Part shown: piece after piece, positions 26,689 through 37,495 of the stretch | How the letters are laid out: each line of letters opens with the position of its first letter | Position numbering within the stretch: the stretch's first letter is position 1 | Virus record (IMG/VR): IMGVR_UViG_3300028840_002190 | DNA: 64,000 nucleotides | Origin: a virus | Strand: one strand, 5' to 3' | Notes under the pieces: generated by a model | Seen by the model: only the letters and a program-made list of their open reading frames with translations | The model's database searches: none | What the model was told of the DNA's origin: nothing | Program-made: the position numbers and the translations under genes

Positions 26689-29600
26689 CTACGGATAAAT
26701 ATAGGACAAACCACCGTCATCAATTCCAACTTCGATAGCGCGATCAATTTCTTCAGAACCAACGGGGGGTCCAGGCAGTCCCTTACGGACATAGAGCGGC
26801 TCTAAACCCCCAACGAAAATAGGAGTGTACCCTACGCGCGTATCAGGGTCCGGAGGGGGAGACACATTGTCAATCGCCACCACCAGAGAAGAGAAATTGA
26901 TGGGTGGGCCAGGGTCCCACGCATACGTCACAACATCCGGAGTGAACGTCCAAGCTGTAGGTGACGTAGGGTCGTAGTCAAAAGTGTAGTGGGTTCCCTC
27001 TACAACCTTGGTACCCCCATCCACAGTTGCGTCTAAGCTCACACGGACGACGTACTCGTTAGGCGCAATTGGAAGGGGAGGAGAAGGCCCAGGGGGAGGT
27101 GGGGATACCACGCCGCTAGGCACGGAAACGTACTCGTTGTAAGCGTAGTAATCCCCGACACTCAAAGGACTACCGACTAACAAGGAATTGTCCGCAATCT
27201 CAACGTCATCGGATAACTCCTGAGTGAGAAACCACTCCAGGAGGTCCCATAACTCAGCGGAATCCGTAAAAAACTCTCCGGGTTGCACGTAAGGGTACGT
27301 ATATGAAGGCTTCGCCACCAACACTAGCTCATCGAGGTCTTGACGAAATTCTGCGTCCATCTCGAGATTTGAATCAATCTCGATGTTGAACATGTGCATC
27401 TTAAGGTAACGGTCAAAAAGGCAGAACGCAACATTGTGACGATAGTCCGATGTTGCCAGATTGACGTTGCCCTCATCGTCAGCACCGACATAGAGACCGG
27501 GGTCACCCACACAAGCATCGTCTCCGGGAAGCACGATGTTCTCGAAGAGGTTTGTTGACGCGAAACGTCGAATGGCGGGCTCGTCCTTCCAGAGGATCTC
27601 GGGGATGTACTTGTTGTGCCACCACGTAGGATCCTCAAGGTAATCAACAACCGTGAAGGCTAACGTGAGAGGTTCGAACGACTCAAACGTCAAAACTCCG
27701 TAGTTGTTCGGGTCCATGACGTCTTCACGGAGAGGGAGCAAGAAGGGGTAGTAGTACTCGCGCTTATCGGTGGTAACCGTCTGTCGGAACGACCGAGTGA
27801 CCCTCCAATTCAGAGGGGTCTCGTCCACAAAGCCGTAGACAGTTTCGAGCTCCACCGTGTTGGGGCCTACCACCTCGAGAATCTTGAAGGGGCCGTCATT
27901 GGCCTCGTTAACCGCATCTGAGATAACAACGTATCCTCCGACATCCAATTCGGAGAACGTGTAGGAAGGCGTATTAAAAGTCACCGACGCCGCAACTATC
28001 GTCCCGTCTATACCCTCACCGTCCACGCCATTGTCGTACGCCTGAAGGATCTCCCCATCCGTGCGTACTAGAGGGAGATCGGCGATAACATTGAGCGCGG
28101 CTTCTGTACGTTTGAAAATGGGACCGTAAACGTAAAAGTGGATGATGCCCCGCAAGAAAGCTTTGTACGCGTCCGATGATGCCTCAAACCGATTGAGGAG
28201 AGTCCCGTAGTTGTAGTACAGCGAAAAGTTGTCGACATCCACTTGTGGAACCCAGTAAGAGATCTCCTTCACACGCCCCTCTGCGTATTCAAAAGTCTCG
28301 CCGCTCGCCGAAAACAACACTTCCCGCAGATACTGGAAACTCGCGTGGTTGCTCGACCCATCATCCCACGGTTTAGTAGGGATGATAGCTCCTCGGTAGT
28401 AGTCGACGGTGAAATCCTCACCCTCAACAACAGTACCTCCGAAAGGTCGAGTAGCGTACACGGTGACACTGCCGGGAACGACATGCCGGATACCCAAGGG
28501 AGTGGAGGGGGGAGCCTGAGCTACCGCCCACCCACTATCGAAGTATGTCCACTCCCCGTCTGCCAGGCCGACAGATTGTGGATCCTCCGCCAACTTAGCC
28601 TCATTGTCCGGGGACCCTACCACTTCAGCTAGCGCGAACGAACGGTTATACGGAGCTCCCAGCGTTATACCCCACGGAGGAGTCGCCCCCACCATAGCCG
28701 GAACGAAGGGCGTGAAAGCGTTCAGTTCTACGTAAAGATCGCCGCCCACATTCTTCAAAATGTTCAACGGGTCTCCAGAAGCGTCCATCACAGCGGGTCC
28801 TGGGATTGGTCCAGACAACGGGAAACCTTGTACAGGATCGTCTGCACGTTCGCGTACTACGGAGTAGACCAGAGGAGGGTTCACTTCCAAGGGGTACGGG
28901 GTTTCCGCAGGACCTACGAAGAAAGCATTATCAATGTAGTCAATCTCGTAGTCCTGGAAACTGCCGTAGTACACTCCTTTGTGAAGCTCCCAATCCACAG
29001 GCCCGGAGGCCGAAGTCACCCCATAGAACATGGGCTCAAGGATAACCTGGAACGCTGAATTAACCGTCTTTACCACGTAAAACCCGTCATAGACGGGGGT
29101 AGATCCTTTGATCTTGATGATGTCTCCGACATTGGTATCCGAGAAAGTAGAGACCGTGGTGAAGAAAATCATGTCCGGAGCGACATACCCCAACTGCCCG
29201 TTAGCCGCACCCGAAGAATCGTAAAGCTGCGTACCCGTGTATGCCAAGAGACGCAGCGTATCCCCACGTTTTACTTCCGAATCAGAGTACCAAGGCAGTT
29301 CCCCGCGCTTTCGGTCTGTGAAGCGATTACCTACTTCGATAGTCGCGTACCGCCATGCAAGACCCTTCGAGGGAAACCAGTCCCCACTAGGTTCCTGATA
29401 AGCCCGAAAAGGGTCCTCAAAGAACCGAAGATAGCCGTCGTTATCTAAAACCTCAAAGTCGACATCCCGCTCGAGCTCGATAGTAGGGTCGAAAATGGTG
29501 TTCTGCAAAAACTCCGTGTTTACGGACGAGCCCGGCATGTCATAAACGAACCGGTCTTCTGAAACGGCAAGACCCTGTTGGAACTGGAGCTCATTCTCCT

Positions 29601-29820
29601 TTATAGCGAAAAGACGCCAGAACTCCTTGTCGAATAGGGGAGTATCTACAACGCCCGTATTGAGCACTGTCGCCATCAGATCGAGGTACGCCTCACCTAG
29701 CGCCATCTCTGACGCCTGGTAATATGCCTGCAGGTCCTCGATGTCTCGGAAAAAGCGCTGCCAGAAATCCGAAAGACCGTAGAGAAGAGTAGACGGGAAG
29801 TCCCCAATTGTGAGTGCCAT
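26689..29820 (-). CDS. Baseplate wedge protein (P2 gpI / T4 gp7-like position)
   Basis: 1043 aa directly downstream of baseplate J; LSDFW N-terminus, C-terminal AKPSYT motif. Confidence 0.6.
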   Translation of the reverse strand: MALTIGDFPSTLLYGLSDFWQRFFRDIEDLQAYYQASEMALGEAYLDLMATVLNTGVVDTPLFDKEFWRLFAIKENELQFQQGLAVSEDRFVYDMPGSSVNTEFLQNTIFDPTIELERDVDFEVLDNDGYLRFFEDPFRAYQEPSGDWFPSKGLAWRYATIEVGNRFTDRKRGELPWYSDSEVKRGDTLRLLAYTGTQLYDSSGAANGQLGYVAPDMIFFTTVSTFSDTNVGDIIKIKGSTPVYDGFYVVKTVNSAFQVILEPMFYGVTSASGPVDWELHKGVYYGSFQDYEIDYIDNAFFVGPAETPYPLEVNPPLVYSVVRERADDPVQGFPLSGPIPGPAVMDASGDPLNILKNVGGDLYVELNAFTPFVPAMVGATPPWGITLGAPYNRSFALAEVVGSPDNEAKLAEDPQSVGLADGEWTYFDSGWAVAQAPPSTPLGIRHVVPGSVTVYATRPFGGTVVEGEDFTVDYYRGAIIPTKPWDDGSSNHASFQYLREVLFSASGETFEYAEGRVKEISYWVPQVDVDNFSLYYNYGTLLNRFEASSDAYKAFLRGIIHFYVYGPIFKRTEAALNVIADLPLVRTDGEILQAYDNGVDGEGIDGTIVAASVTFNTPSYTFSELDVGGYVVISDAVNEANDGPFKILEVVGPNTVELETVYGFVDETPLNWRVTRSFRQTVTTDKREYYYPFLLPLREDVMDPNNYGVLTFESFEPLTLAFTVVDYLEDPTWWHNKYIPEILWKDEPAIRRFASTNLFENIVLPGDDACVGDPGLYVGADDEGNVNLATSDYRHNVAFCLFDRYLKMHMFNIEIDSNLEMDAEFRQDLDELVLVAKPSYTYPYVQPGEFFTDSAELWDLLEWFLTQELSDDVEIADNSLLVGSPLSVGDYYAYNEYVSVPSGVVSPPPPGPSPPLPIAPNEYVVRVSLDATVDGGTKVVEGTHYTFDYDPTSPTAWTFTPDVVTYAWDPGPPINFSSLVVAIDNVSPPPDPDTRVGYTPIFVGGLEPLYVRKGLPGPPVGSEEIDRAIEVGIDDGGLSYIYP

Positions 29821-29823
29821 GGC

Positions 29824-31944
29824 CTACCCCTGACGTACGAATGAGATGTACGACTCCGCACTCCGATACTTGATAGTCCGGTCCGACACACCGAGAAGGT
29901 CGTACCAAGCATTAAGGGCATCCGCGCCATCAATTTCGGTATACCCCTGATCCACTAGTGACTGGGGCACCACGATGTCCGAACTGTTCTCGACAGACAC
30001 TCCGTTAGTGTCTGTAATGAAAATCGAAACGATAGACGACGTAGCAAACCGTACGACCTGCCCGTCAGGAGCGTGAAAATCGTAGTAGATAGTGAACGGA
30101 CTGACGTTCCCGACAACGTCATACGCCTGTCGGAATTGGGTAGCCAGATCGTTCATGTCAAGGTCATCGTTCGGGTCAAAAGAGTTTATGTAGCCCGCTA
30201 GAAGTCGCGAAGCCGCCTCTTCATCCACCGTAGATCCTGACATTGTAGGCTTAATCTTATACGGGATGTTAGCCTCGATCCAAACAGGGTGTCGAGCTCG
30301 AGCTAAGTGGTTGGCCGCCAGTACTCGGTACTCCTCGTTCTCCGTGTACGCATGGATGTTCGGGAACCCCGACAAAGTTCGGTACACAACGCGCAAGTTG
30401 TACCCGTCAAAATACGAAGGGTCAGGCGCCGGGGGACCAAAGCCTACGTTGATCTCAGTCACCATCAACGAGGACTGTGATTTAGTAGGGTTCCGAACGC
30501 TCACTTGATACTGGTTGAGTATGGGCTCAGCCATAGGCCCTACGGGGGTAGCGTTGACGCGGTTGGGAAAAATGATCGTCTGGGAAGTCGGGTCGATAAT
30601 CTGACTCATAAACGCCGGAGGGTCCGTGATCTCCACCCATTCAATGTCCTGCACCGGACGCCCGCTCAAAACGATCTTACCAGGAGATTTGATGTGCCGT
30701 GACGTGCCTACAGGAACGTCCGTGTGCAGCGGATCAGTACTCGCCTGCGCATTTCGAGACGCAATCTTGTCATCAAAAGAAGGTCCGATAGCCCCCGCTG
30801 AATACAGCACCGTGTTCCCCGTCTCATCCGACGCTTCAGTAAAGGGCACCGCAGAACTCACTTCGAGTTCATGGTCCGACACACTCACGATAGTAAACGC
30901 CCTCGGGGAGCCCAGAATGCCATCCAAAATGTAAATGACGTCCCCGCTCTCCAGGTTGATCGTAGGGTCCGTAAAAGGAACCGCTGACCCTGGGGTGCCG
31001 TCTCCATAGGTAAGGAGAGGGTCACGGAAGATGTTGGCAACGCCATCGGGACGCGCAAAGTACCCTCCGACCGTACCCGAATCCTCCACCGTCTCTAGAG
31101 GAAGCTCCAGGTAAGTGTCGTAGTGCCCTCCGGTATGGAGGGTGATGTGGGAAGCAATCTCGGTACGCCGGTCACGTACCATCTCCGGTTCGCCCATTCC
31201 GATAGTCAGTGTCTCCAGGATTTCAGGAAACTGCTGTTGCAGCACTGTGTCGCACGACCGGTTGTTGATGAGATTGCGTACCGTAATAGTAGTCTGAGCG
31301 CGGTCTAACAGCTCCTCGGTAGACTCTACCCCCGCACCACCGCTAGACTGAGTGAGGTGCTCAGCATAAGTGAAGAATTGCATCCCCCCGGGGAAGTCCA
31401 CCCGAATGAAAGTACCGGGATCGATGTTGTACCCTACACCTGTACGGCCAGCCTTGAGAGGGACGTCTACCACGTAATCCACCAGTTCCCCACTAGTGTC
31501 ATACACGGGGTAGAGCATATCGTTGGTCACAACGTAGGGGTCGGCAGTGGCGTCGATATAAAACGCCAATGTAGACGTCCGCCAGAACTTAGTCGACAAA
31601 TCGAGAGTGTAAGTGCGACGCTCCAGAAAATGAAGCCGAGCCGTCAGTCGGGCTAGCTGCCCTCCCTTTCGGGAGATGAACCAGTTAGAGAGGAGCTCGT
31701 CTGCAGCTTGTGAGATATCATCTGCGTCTGTCAATTCCTGGATACGCAAAAGAGACTGCCGCATGCGGCTGAAGTCCACCTCGTACTTCATGTACGCGAA
31801 GATGTAAGTAAACGCATTCACCGCGAAATCACGCATCGCACTTCCGCGCTCGAAAGAAGCGTCAGGCACCTTCTCAGAGAGGTACTCCACCAGGAACGCT
31901 TCTGCCGCGTCCAAGTCATCCTGTGTGATGATGATCTCAGCCAT
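29824..31944 (-). CDS. Baseplate J-like wedge protein
   Basis: GVGYNIDPG, SSGGAGVESTEEL..RA motifs typical of Baseplate_J; follows a gp25-like gene. Confidence 0.8.
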   Translation of the reverse strand: MAEIIITQDDLDAAEAFLVEYLSEKVPDASFERGSAMRDFAVNAFTYIFAYMKYEVDFSRMRQSLLRIQELTDADDISQAADELLSNWFISRKGGQLARLTARLHFLERRTYTLDLSTKFWRTSTLAFYIDATADPYVVTNDMLYPVYDTSGELVDYVVDVPLKAGRTGVGYNIDPGTFIRVDFPGGMQFFTYAEHLTQSSGGAGVESTEELLDRAQTTITVRNLINNRSCDTVLQQQFPEILETLTIGMGEPEMVRDRRTEIASHITLHTGGHYDTYLELPLETVEDSGTVGGYFARPDGVANIFRDPLLTYGDGTPGSAVPFTDPTINLESGDVIYILDGILGSPRAFTIVSVSDHELEVSSAVPFTEASDETGNTVLYSAGAIGPSFDDKIASRNAQASTDPLHTDVPVGTSRHIKSPGKIVLSGRPVQDIEWVEITDPPAFMSQIIDPTSQTIIFPNRVNATPVGPMAEPILNQYQVSVRNPTKSQSSLMVTEINVGFGPPAPDPSYFDGYNLRVVYRTLSGFPNIHAYTENEEYRVLAANHLARARHPVWIEANIPYKIKPTMSGSTVDEEAASRLLAGYINSFDPNDDLDMNDLATQFRQAYDVVGNVSPFTIYYDFHAPDGQVVRFATSSIVSIFITDTNGVSVENSSDIVVPQSLVDQGYTEIDGADALNAWYDLLGVSDRTIKYRSAESYISFVRQG

Positions 31945-31951
31945 TTAACGC

Positions 31952-32398
31952 CTACCTATCTGCGAGCTCGATGAGCTTCACGGGCAGCACTTCACCTGCT
32001 GCATTAACGATACGAACCCACAACTCTACACCATCATCGTAGATCTGCGTCTGCTGCTTCAACAACGTCGCGTTCGCCAACCGTTCATTCTCAGGAAACA
32101 ACCCCTCTAAGTCCTGACGCCGAACTTGGTCATTAGCGTCCTCAATTGCTAGAAGGATAATATCCTCAATCCCGTGGTGATATACGTTGATGTTCGACCC
32201 AACAAGTCGACCAAAAGCCGTCCCCTCCTCTTTGTCCAGCGGATTGCTCCCCTTCGGGGTCATAAACGTCTTTACCCAACGATTAACGAGAGCTTGCGGA
32301 CCCGAGACCTTCAGGGACGCACGGAAACCAAAAGTAAAAACCCGCGCACTCCGCACTTCTCCGGAGGGGACGGGCTGGAAGTGAATGTCATAAGCCAT
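31952..32398 (-). CDS. gp25/GPW-like baseplate (sheath initiator) protein
   Basis: QALVNRWVKTFMTPKGSNPLDKEEGT pattern; 148 aa; canonical position. Confidence 0.75.
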   Translation of the reverse strand: MAYDIHFQPVPSGEVRSARVFTFGFRASLKVSGPQALVNRWVKTFMTPKGSNPLDKEEGTAFGRLVGSNINVYHHGIEDIILLAIEDANDQVRRQDLEGLFPENERLANATLLKQQTQIYDDGVELWVRIVNAAGEVLPVKLIELADR

Positions 32399-32409
32399 TC
32401 TATCTCCAC

Positions 32410-33813
32410 TTACCAGAGATCCGACGTCTGTGCCTGGACCCCTTGCGCAATCGCGATATTCCTCGCCACTCTGGATACCGGCGGGTTTTCAGACTGCTGT
32501 GTCATATTATAAGTGTTCGCCGCTTCTTGTAAAACTTTCTGAGACTCCTGTACGGCCCTGTCTCCTGCCTCTTGGCTAACTGCCGCCTTCTTGACTTCCG
32601 AAATCATATCGCTGCGAGCAATCGCTACCCCGGTGTCGTGAGACGGTTGCAACAATAGTTTCGTAAATCCTCGAGACACTTCGTCCGACAACGGCGCCCG
32701 GATCAGGTCTTGTCCTGCCCCACTTTTCTTGTACCGCTGCCGAGGCTTCCACACATTAGACTTAATATCGATATGCGTGTGCGACGCCACAAGCTTGAAG
32801 AAGGTATCCCACGTAGCCTGCTCTAAAAATGCGGGAGACACGTCAAAGTGCTTCGAGCCTTTGGCGAAGTCGTGCATCGAATAGCCGGGAGGAGTGTTCT
32901 TGTTTTGGCTACGCCGAGTGAAGTCGACCACCCTAGGGATGTCGTACGCCGCCTCCAGCTTAGCGCAGACAATACTGAGAGTCAGAAGCTGAAGAGGACT
33001 ATAAGCAAAATACTCCACGCTCCCAGCGGTTCCTGGCGGATTGCCTCCAGCGCGGAACTTCGCTTTAGTTTTGCTAGGGTGTTCTACAACATAAAAAGCC
33101 TCTTCAAGCTCGATACCGACTCCTGTCCTATTCAACCCATTAGACGTGTATAAGATGTCGTTGCAGTCCCCAATAACCACCAGGTTCCCCAAACGATCAA
33201 TGAAGAAGTGTGCCGAAGACTTCTTAGCGGAATTAAGGCACGCACTCAATCCCGCAGACATCTTTCTAGGGTGGTGCTGGTGCTCGTCTGAGCCCTTTGG
33301 GACGTAGACAGTCTTGTTCTCGTACTCAAAAACTTGCACACCTTTACGCTTGGACTTCGAATTCATCCAACCGCCCCAGTAACCCTCCTTGATGACTTTC
33401 CCTGCCTTGTTCTTCTTAGGAGGTACGAAGCCTGCCATCCAGCCGTGTCCAAAGGAGTGTAGAACGATGTGTTTAACCTTACGGGTACCGCTGACCGAAG
33501 AAAACGCTCCAGGCGGGGGGTAGGCGTACGCAATGGTCACCCAAGGGGGGAACCCATCAGGACTCAAAATCTTAGTAGGGCGCCGTCGTGTCTTCTTGAG
33601 CTGCTTGCCTCGAGCTATGTAGTTAAAATACGCATACGCGTTGGTGCCTAAGTCGTCACTCCAACGCTGCATAGACTTCAACCACTCCGACTGGGGTTGA
33701 GCATCATCGCCAGAACTCACGTTGTACCCAGGAACCAGATCCGCGGGGATGTGTTCCTTCAGCATATTGAAGGCGCTCTGCTGCTGGTCCGTTAACCCTG
33801 AAGAGGTCGGCAT
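32410..33813 (-). CDS. N-acetylmuramoyl-L-alanine amidase-like protein
   Basis: HIVLHS, SAHFFIDRLGNLV, NRTGVGIELE, HDFAKGSKHFD (Amidase_2 pattern) inside a longer protein. Confidence 0.7.
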   Translation of the reverse strand: MPTSSGLTDQQQSAFNMLKEHIPADLVPGYNVSSGDDAQPQSEWLKSMQRWSDDLGTNAYAYFNYIARGKQLKKTRRRPTKILSPDGFPPWVTIAYAYPPPGAFSSVSGTRKVKHIVLHSFGHGWMAGFVPPKKNKAGKVIKEGYWGGWMNSKSKRKGVQVFEYENKTVYVPKGSDEHQHHPRKMSAGLSACLNSAKKSSAHFFIDRLGNLVVIGDCNDILYTSNGLNRTGVGIELEEAFYVVEHPSKTKAKFRAGGNPPGTAGSVEYFAYSPLQLLTLSIVCAKLEAAYDIPRVVDFTRRSQNKNTPPGYSMHDFAKGSKHFDVSPAFLEQATWDTFFKLVASHTHIDIKSNVWKPRQRYKKSGAGQDLIRAPLSDEVSRGFTKLLLQPSHDTGVAIARSDMISEVKKAAVSQEAGDRAVQESQKVLQEAANTYNMTQQSENPPVSRVARNIAIAQGVQAQTSDLW

Positions 33814-34514
33814 CAGATCCCTCCAGTCTGGATGCGCTTGATCTGGTCAATGAATTTACGCTTACGGTAGCTCAATTGTCCCTGCGTTAATCGGTACTTC
33901 GACATCAGTTGTCGGTTAGAGAGTTCCTGTTTCCCCCCGTACCCCGTGATGTCCTCAAAAAGTCTCTTATCATCGGGAGAGAGCCCGTGGTAGTAGAAGT
34001 CAACAAGCCCGCTTGTAGAAGGGTCGTCATCGATAAACGCCCCCTCGGACTCTACGAGCTCTCTACGATTGAAGGACGTCTGGAAGTCTTTAACCTTTTT
34101 ACTGTTCCAGCCTAACTCATCAGAGATCTCTTCTACCGTCGGCTCTCGACCGTGCTCATCGTAGAGTTTGTTCTGCGCAACTTGGAACGTATTGAATAGG
34201 AGCTGTTTGTTTTCAGGAAGCCGCGCTACATTCTGGTACGGATACACAAACCGTGACAGCTTACGGAGTCGGTTGGTTACGTGCGTCCCTATGGCCGCTC
34301 CCCGATGCGGATCGTAGTTTTCGAGGGCGTCAATCGTGAGGACTCTAGCTTTAGACTCAAGAGCCACTCGGGGCACCGTAGCCCCCCACTTACCGACTTC
34401 CCGGTTAATGAGAGGAGTCAACTCCTTCAAAAGGAGCTCCAGAGTCACGGGACTCTTCGTCTTCTTCCACTCCCTCCAGAGCTCCAGATCACGCTGTTGT
34501 TGTGTCGTTTGCAT
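33813..34514 (-). CDS. Sigma-70 family RNA polymerase sigma factor (FliA/WhiG-like)
   Basis: Region 2 LTPLINREV...ALENYDPHRGAAIGTHVTNRLR; region 3 HGREPTVEEISDELGW. Confidence 0.8.
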   Translation of the reverse strand: MQTTQQQRDLELWREWKKTKSPVTLELLLKELTPLINREVGKWGATVPRVALESKARVLTIDALENYDPHRGAAIGTHVTNRLRKLSRFVYPYQNVARLPENKQLLFNTFQVAQNKLYDEHGREPTVEEISDELGWNSKKVKDFQTSFNRRELVESEGAFIDDDPSTSGLVDFYYHGLSPDDKRLFEDITGYGGKQELSNRQLMSKYRLTQGQLSYRKRKFIDQIKRIQTGGI

Positions 34515-34517
34515 GAC

Positions 34518-36995
34518 TTACCTCTGTGGGGCAACCTTGCCGTCCTCACTTCTTAATAGTTTACGGTATTCCGTGAGGATCGCGTCCCAGTCTTTGATGG
34601 TATCGGGAACTTCTGCGTTCCCAGCTACGCGCCACGAGTCCACGGGACCGTACTTGGCAGTGTCTCCGGCGATCACTTCGTCCGCCGAGTCCGTCGACAG
34701 CGAGATGTTCACCACGTCTTCAGGAGCAGAATAGTCACTACTTGCGGGAGTATTCGTATAAATGCGTCCCCAGAATACAGCCCCGCCAGTAGGAGAGGGA
34801 TTGTTCACGTCCGTAGAGAAAGAACGGTATTCCCCCCGCACGGTGCCATCCGCCAACAACGACTCAAGATCCCGATCATGGTACGTCTCTATGTATTCTC
34901 TCAGCGTACATACCGGACGAGAAATCGACCGCATGGCCTCGTCAAACCCCGTGAACGCAGCCGCCCATTCATCATTGGGCTCCCTCCTAGGAATTCCTGT
35001 TGAAGAGTAGTACGTAGCTTCTCTAGCTAGCTCCCCCCGCCACCAAGACTTGCGCTGCTTACCGGGGTACTCCGGCCCGTACAGTAGAATCTTATAAAAT
35101 TCCTCAGCCGACTCCTGCACCTGAAAAACGTCACGCACACCTGGGATCGGCTCTGGGGGGTACGAATCCAAAAATGTGCTAGACGCGTCGAGACCAGGAA
35201 CTGAATACTTCGCCTCTGCAACCTCCGTGAGCGTCCGGATGAACCCCAAATTAGCTTGAGTAGATACGTGGGGACTTCCCCGTTCTGCGGACATGGAGTG
35301 GGTGATGGACATCACATACGCCATAACGTCAAAACCGGAAGCCTCTTCGTCGTATACGACCGTGGGAAATCCCGGGAGGATGTACGGATTGAAAGGCATC
35401 GATACGCCGCCCTGCCGTTCAGCAAACCGTGCCCTATAGTACTCATACTCCGCGTACTTATCGAACAGGGCCCCTAAGCCGGTATTCACTTCAGGATCTT
35501 CCGGAGCGTCTTCTGAGGGCTGCGCCCCTGCCGCTCCTCCCTCGCCTTTAGAACTCTGTTCTAAAAGATACAGCCAAGGAGGTGCGCTCATACGTTTACT
35601 GACAGGGCCTTTGTAAAGTTCTTCCGGCTGCACCAAGAAATTCTTATTGTTCACATCCGGGGCAGTGATCGACTGTTGCATGCGGTTCTTCACGACTGGA
35701 GGGAACCCCGTAGTTAGGAGCTGAGGTGTCAGCCCTCCTAGCCGAGAATCCGGGTCCAACATGTGTGACAGGAATGTCTCTCCCAAATACACACGAGTAG
35801 GCTGTGTGATGTACGTCTCCTGGAACGTAAAATTCTGAACCATGGAGGGGAAAATAACATTGCAGATGGGAGGAATCCCAAAGTAACAACTCGGCTTAAC
35901 GAAGAACGACCGAATACTGTAGAACTCGTCGTCTGTCGTCCCTCCGCCAGCTTTGAGGTACCCTGTCTTTTTCTGTACGGCACCGGAAGGAGGGCATGGA
36001 ATCATAGCGATCTCCATGAGCATCTGCGAATAGACCATCTTGAGGAGGTCCCAGATACTCCCAGAGTTGCCAACGCTTGCACCGATGTGCTGCTGTAACG
36101 CTTCGATCACGTGATAATCCTGTACCGCCTTTACCAAGGGGAAACAGAGGTTCCCGATAGCCTCCGCGTCTTCTACATCTGTCGGTGAAGACTCACCTTC
36201 GTTTCTCCACGCTGTCTTCGGTACCGGATTCGTGTCCTCAAACATAGGCAACGCACACCACCGGGAATGGAACTTCGTTCGGAGAGCCCAGCGTGCAAAG
36301 AAATTCTTTCCAGGAACTGAAGTAGCGTCCCTAGGAAGATGGTCTGCCTGTGTAGAAATATCCGGACTCGTTTCAGAGCCCTCACTGACATCCACAGGAA
36401 GAAGGATTGAACGGAAAACATTTAGAACAAAGTCGATAGGACGCTTAATGAAATCGTCCGAAGACTCTTCGGTACCGCTTGCGCTAGTGTCGCCTACGAC
36501 TGCAGTCTCTCCACCTACCCGAAACAACCCCTCCAAAAATAACGATGCGGGATAGAACGGTTTAGCCTGTGTGACACCTTCAGCCGAACCCGTAGGTCCG
36601 AGACCTCCAACGATGTCATTCATCGATGACATGTAGAAGACATGAAGCTGTTTGAAAATCTGTATCGGACTGACACAGTCTAACTGCAACACACGCCCGT
36701 TAGGGCTGTTCTGGTAAGTCCACCCTACAACTTCGAATTCCCCCAAGAGTCGAAACTGAGGGACAGCGCCCTGCATGTGGTCATCCTTGTAAAAGATGAC
36801 TACGTGCAGGCGGTCTTCCGACCCTAACCGCTGGAGCATAGGGTGAGGTACCATCTTAAGGGACGCCGTGGGAATCTGCCAAACTCCGTACGTCACGTCC
36901 ACACCCATGACTGGGATCTCCAGACCGTTAATATAAACGATCCAGGCGGCTTCTCGTGGTTTGTTAACGGTGTACGAAGAAGGGTTGCTCATCAC
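34518..36995 (-). CDS. Baseplate hub protein (gp27/gpD-like)
   Basis: N-terminal VYINGLEIPV...LQLDC and C-terminal FNPYILPGFP...YVMSITHS patterns; position upstream of the wedge genes. Confidence 0.65.
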   Translation of the reverse strand: MMSNPSSYTVNKPREAAWIVYINGLEIPVMGVDVTYGVWQIPTASLKMVPHPMLQRLGSEDRLHVVIFYKDDHMQGAVPQFRLLGEFEVVGWTYQNSPNGRVLQLDCVSPIQIFKQLHVFYMSSMNDIVGGLGPTGSAEGVTQAKPFYPASLFLEGLFRVGGETAVVGDTSASGTEESSDDFIKRPIDFVLNVFRSILLPVDVSEGSETSPDISTQADHLPRDATSVPGKNFFARWALRTKFHSRWCALPMFEDTNPVPKTAWRNEGESSPTDVEDAEAIGNLCFPLVKAVQDYHVIEALQQHIGASVGNSGSIWDLLKMVYSQMLMEIAMIPCPPSGAVQKKTGYLKAGGGTTDDEFYSIRSFFVKPSCYFGIPPICNVIFPSMVQNFTFQETYITQPTRVYLGETFLSHMLDPDSRLGGLTPQLLTTGFPPVVKNRMQQSITAPDVNNKNFLVQPEELYKGPVSKRMSAPPWLYLLEQSSKGEGGAAGAQPSEDAPEDPEVNTGLGALFDKYAEYEYYRARFAERQGGVSMPFNPYILPGFPTVVYDEEASGFDVMAYVMSITHSMSAERGSPHVSTQANLGFIRTLTEVAEAKYSVPGLDASSTFLDSYPPEPIPGVRDVFQVQESAEEFYKILLYGPEYPGKQRKSWWRGELAREATYYSSTGIPRREPNDEWAAAFTGFDEAMRSISRPVCTLREYIETYHDRDLESLLADGTVRGEYRSFSTDVNNPSPTGGAVFWGRIYTNTPASSDYSAPEDVVNISLSTDSADEVIAGDTAKYGPVDSWRVAGNAEVPDTIKDWDAILTEYRKLLRSEDGKVAPQR

Positions 36996-37492
36996 GTCCC
37001 CGCGTCCAGCTCAAGAAATGCCGCGATCAAAATCACCGCGCAGCGCCCTGCTACACGTTGGATCGGGCTACTTGACTGTAACGCAGAACGCATCAAAGCG
37101 ATATGCTGTTCTTGAATTCCGTACTGTTTCAGCTGCTCGAGACCTGTAAGAAAAGAGCGGTCCAACCAAGAGACATCCCGGTCAATATCGATGGCTCGGC
37201 GTTTCTCGCAAATCAAGACCTGCAGGTACTTCTTCTGGGACAGCAAGCGAGCAAAGATTGCCCCCATATCTCCGTTCATGACGCGGAGCACCCCGTCACG
37301 TGTCCGTACGGCCCACAATGTGGTGTCCACCAATGCCTCTAAGAGCTTGACTCTCTCCCGCTCCAGGAAAGAGAGAGTAGCGAAAGGCTGAGACATGCGG
37401 ACCTCAACATCGATCATGGGACCACGATGGCACTTTTTACCTCGTAAATCTTCCGGGCGACCGCCTGTCGTGAATTCCCACTCGTAAGACAT
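36992..37492 (-). CDS. Hypothetical protein
   Basis: 166-aa ORF translationally coupled within the tail operon. Confidence 0.6.
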   Translation of the reverse strand: MSYEWEFTTGGRPEDLRGKKCHRGPMIDVEVRMSQPFATLSFLERERVKLLEALVDTTLWAVRTRDGVLRVMNGDMGAIFARLLSQKKYLQVLICEKRRAIDIDRDVSWLDRSFLTGLEQLKQYGIQEQHIALMRSALQSSSPIQRVAGRCAVILIAAFLELDAGT

Positions 37493-37495
37493 GGT

